A DNA stretch of 64,000 nucleotides from assembly GCA_026770705.1 (NCBI GenBank), contig JANJGN010000056.1, forward strand, positions 1,302,001 to 1,366,000, written 5' to 3'. Each line of letters opens with the position of its first letter. Within the stretch, counting starts at the first letter, position 1. This DNA comes from Isurus oxyrinchus. Taxonomy: Eukaryota. Under the pieces are notes generated by a model. The model was not told the origin of the DNA and searched no databases. It was given only the letters and a program-made list of their open reading frames with translations. Below, in pieces: positions 62,678 through 64,000 of the stretch. The position numbers were made by a program, and so were the translations under genes.

Positions 62678-64000
62678 CTGCCATTTCCATGTCCCCCATG
62701 CTTAATGCCCAAGTCTCATCCAGGATGTGACTAACATTTAGTTCCTCTTTTGTTTCATGTGTGATTGAAGGCTCTTTTAATGTATGTTGCCACATTTCTT
62801 GCCAGGCATGTGCTAATGTCTCCAACTGAATTTTGTTTGGAAACTGTTTTGCATGTGCCTACATTTTCTCAGCCTTCTGGCCTAATGCCAATCTTGGCTT
62901 AATTGTGCACCGTTCCTTTCCAGGTATAAAACGCGTGCCTTTCTGAGTTAGCCACGGGGACATCACCCTTAATTTAGTTGATGACCATTCCTAGAATAAA
63001 CTACTTTTTAATTATGGCGTGGGTGAATGGCTGCCACTCTCTCAGACTTTGCCTTTACTCTCAAAGATTTGCAAACCGTTTAATCATTAAAACCAATTTA
63101 CTAATTTTCCACACACATCTCAATAATTTAGTCACCATCTCACTGAGCATCATCAACAATCTTTGATATAAAGTTCCATGTTGCTGCATCAGGGTTTCAT
63201 GTGCATTTCACTGAACTGGCAGCTGAGGCTGCAGAACAGATCCTGGGTTGTCACAGTCACTCATGTTTGTTGATTTGGAGGACACCGCATTTTTCTGAAT
63301 GTCTGCCTCCCACATTTTAATTTCTTTCATATCCTGGCCATTAGGGCGCTCCCAATTCCATTCAACCCTAACATGTACCTCATTTATCAGGGAAAAATCG
63401 ATATGAATTAGCAGCCGATCACGGCACAAGAATACATATACGTCCATTTATTTTTAATGCTTGAAATGATTTAAAGAAAAGGACGGCAACCACCCTCGGA
63501 TATTCCTCATCGGGAGACTGGAGTCGATTTGAAAGGACAGACAGTCACCATTCTCTGCATCATGACAGAAGGAAACCGTTCCAAATCTGATTTTACAGGG
63601 ATAATCCACGGCTGCCCTCTCCAGAAATCCTCACAAAAGTCACCATTGGGACATTAAGGATGACCAGAAAGCGGCACAGAGGACGGCAACAGCGCGAAAA
63701 TAAAGCGCCCCCTCCCCTCCCCGGTCACTAAAAGCTGGTTAGCCTGTGATGGTCATTATCGAAGGTCAATGAAATGCTACCGGGAGACATCATATATGGG
63801 ATTAGCTCACTTGATGTTCAAAAGGGGACAGTGATAAGTAGTCTGATTTAGTGTCGTTATTCTCCTGACAATGTTATTGTGAAAAACGGTCCTTGGCTGA
63901 CTGAGAGCAGGGATCGACTCCAACCCGCCTGACATCAAACCCGCAGCTCGAATGTTGCTTTCCAATTTTACCAGATGGCTCTCTGATCGAGCAGAATGAT

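Larger units (their letters stand above)
56940..64000. repeat. Tandem segmental duplication, unit C (partial, runs off the window)
   Basis: Colinear with 29040-36700 and with 5847-8780. Confidence 0.95.

Overview
Eukaryotic, vertebrate-type genomic DNA. It is most likely from a cartilaginous fish (shark); this is inferred from the repeat families and the receptor family, not proven. Most of the window is a head-to-tail tandem segmental duplication: unit A 5847-29039 (carrying two internal deletions), unit B 29040-56939 (~27.9 kb) and a partial unit C 56940-end. Units A and B each carry a two-exon, minus-strand class A (rhodopsin-like) GPCR of the 'GPR139/GPR142-like' type plus an older, degraded paralog. 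The unit A receptor has an intact ORF (15273-15078 joined to 11867-10990, 357 aa). The unit B copy has lost its first ATG, carries a Cys-to-stop change and has a palindromic transposon just upstream. A third, opposite-strand receptor fragment lies at 3354. The rest is transposon debris: Gmr1-like Gypsy LTR elements, Harbinger elements, CR1/L2-type LINE pieces, minisatellites and Penelope-like elements (PLEs). The PLE ends encode minimal hammerhead ribozymes with a family-wide non-canonical core (CUGUYGA). Two N-gaps fall at paralogous CA-rich sites. All comparisons were made by eye, and boundaries of old repeats are approximate.
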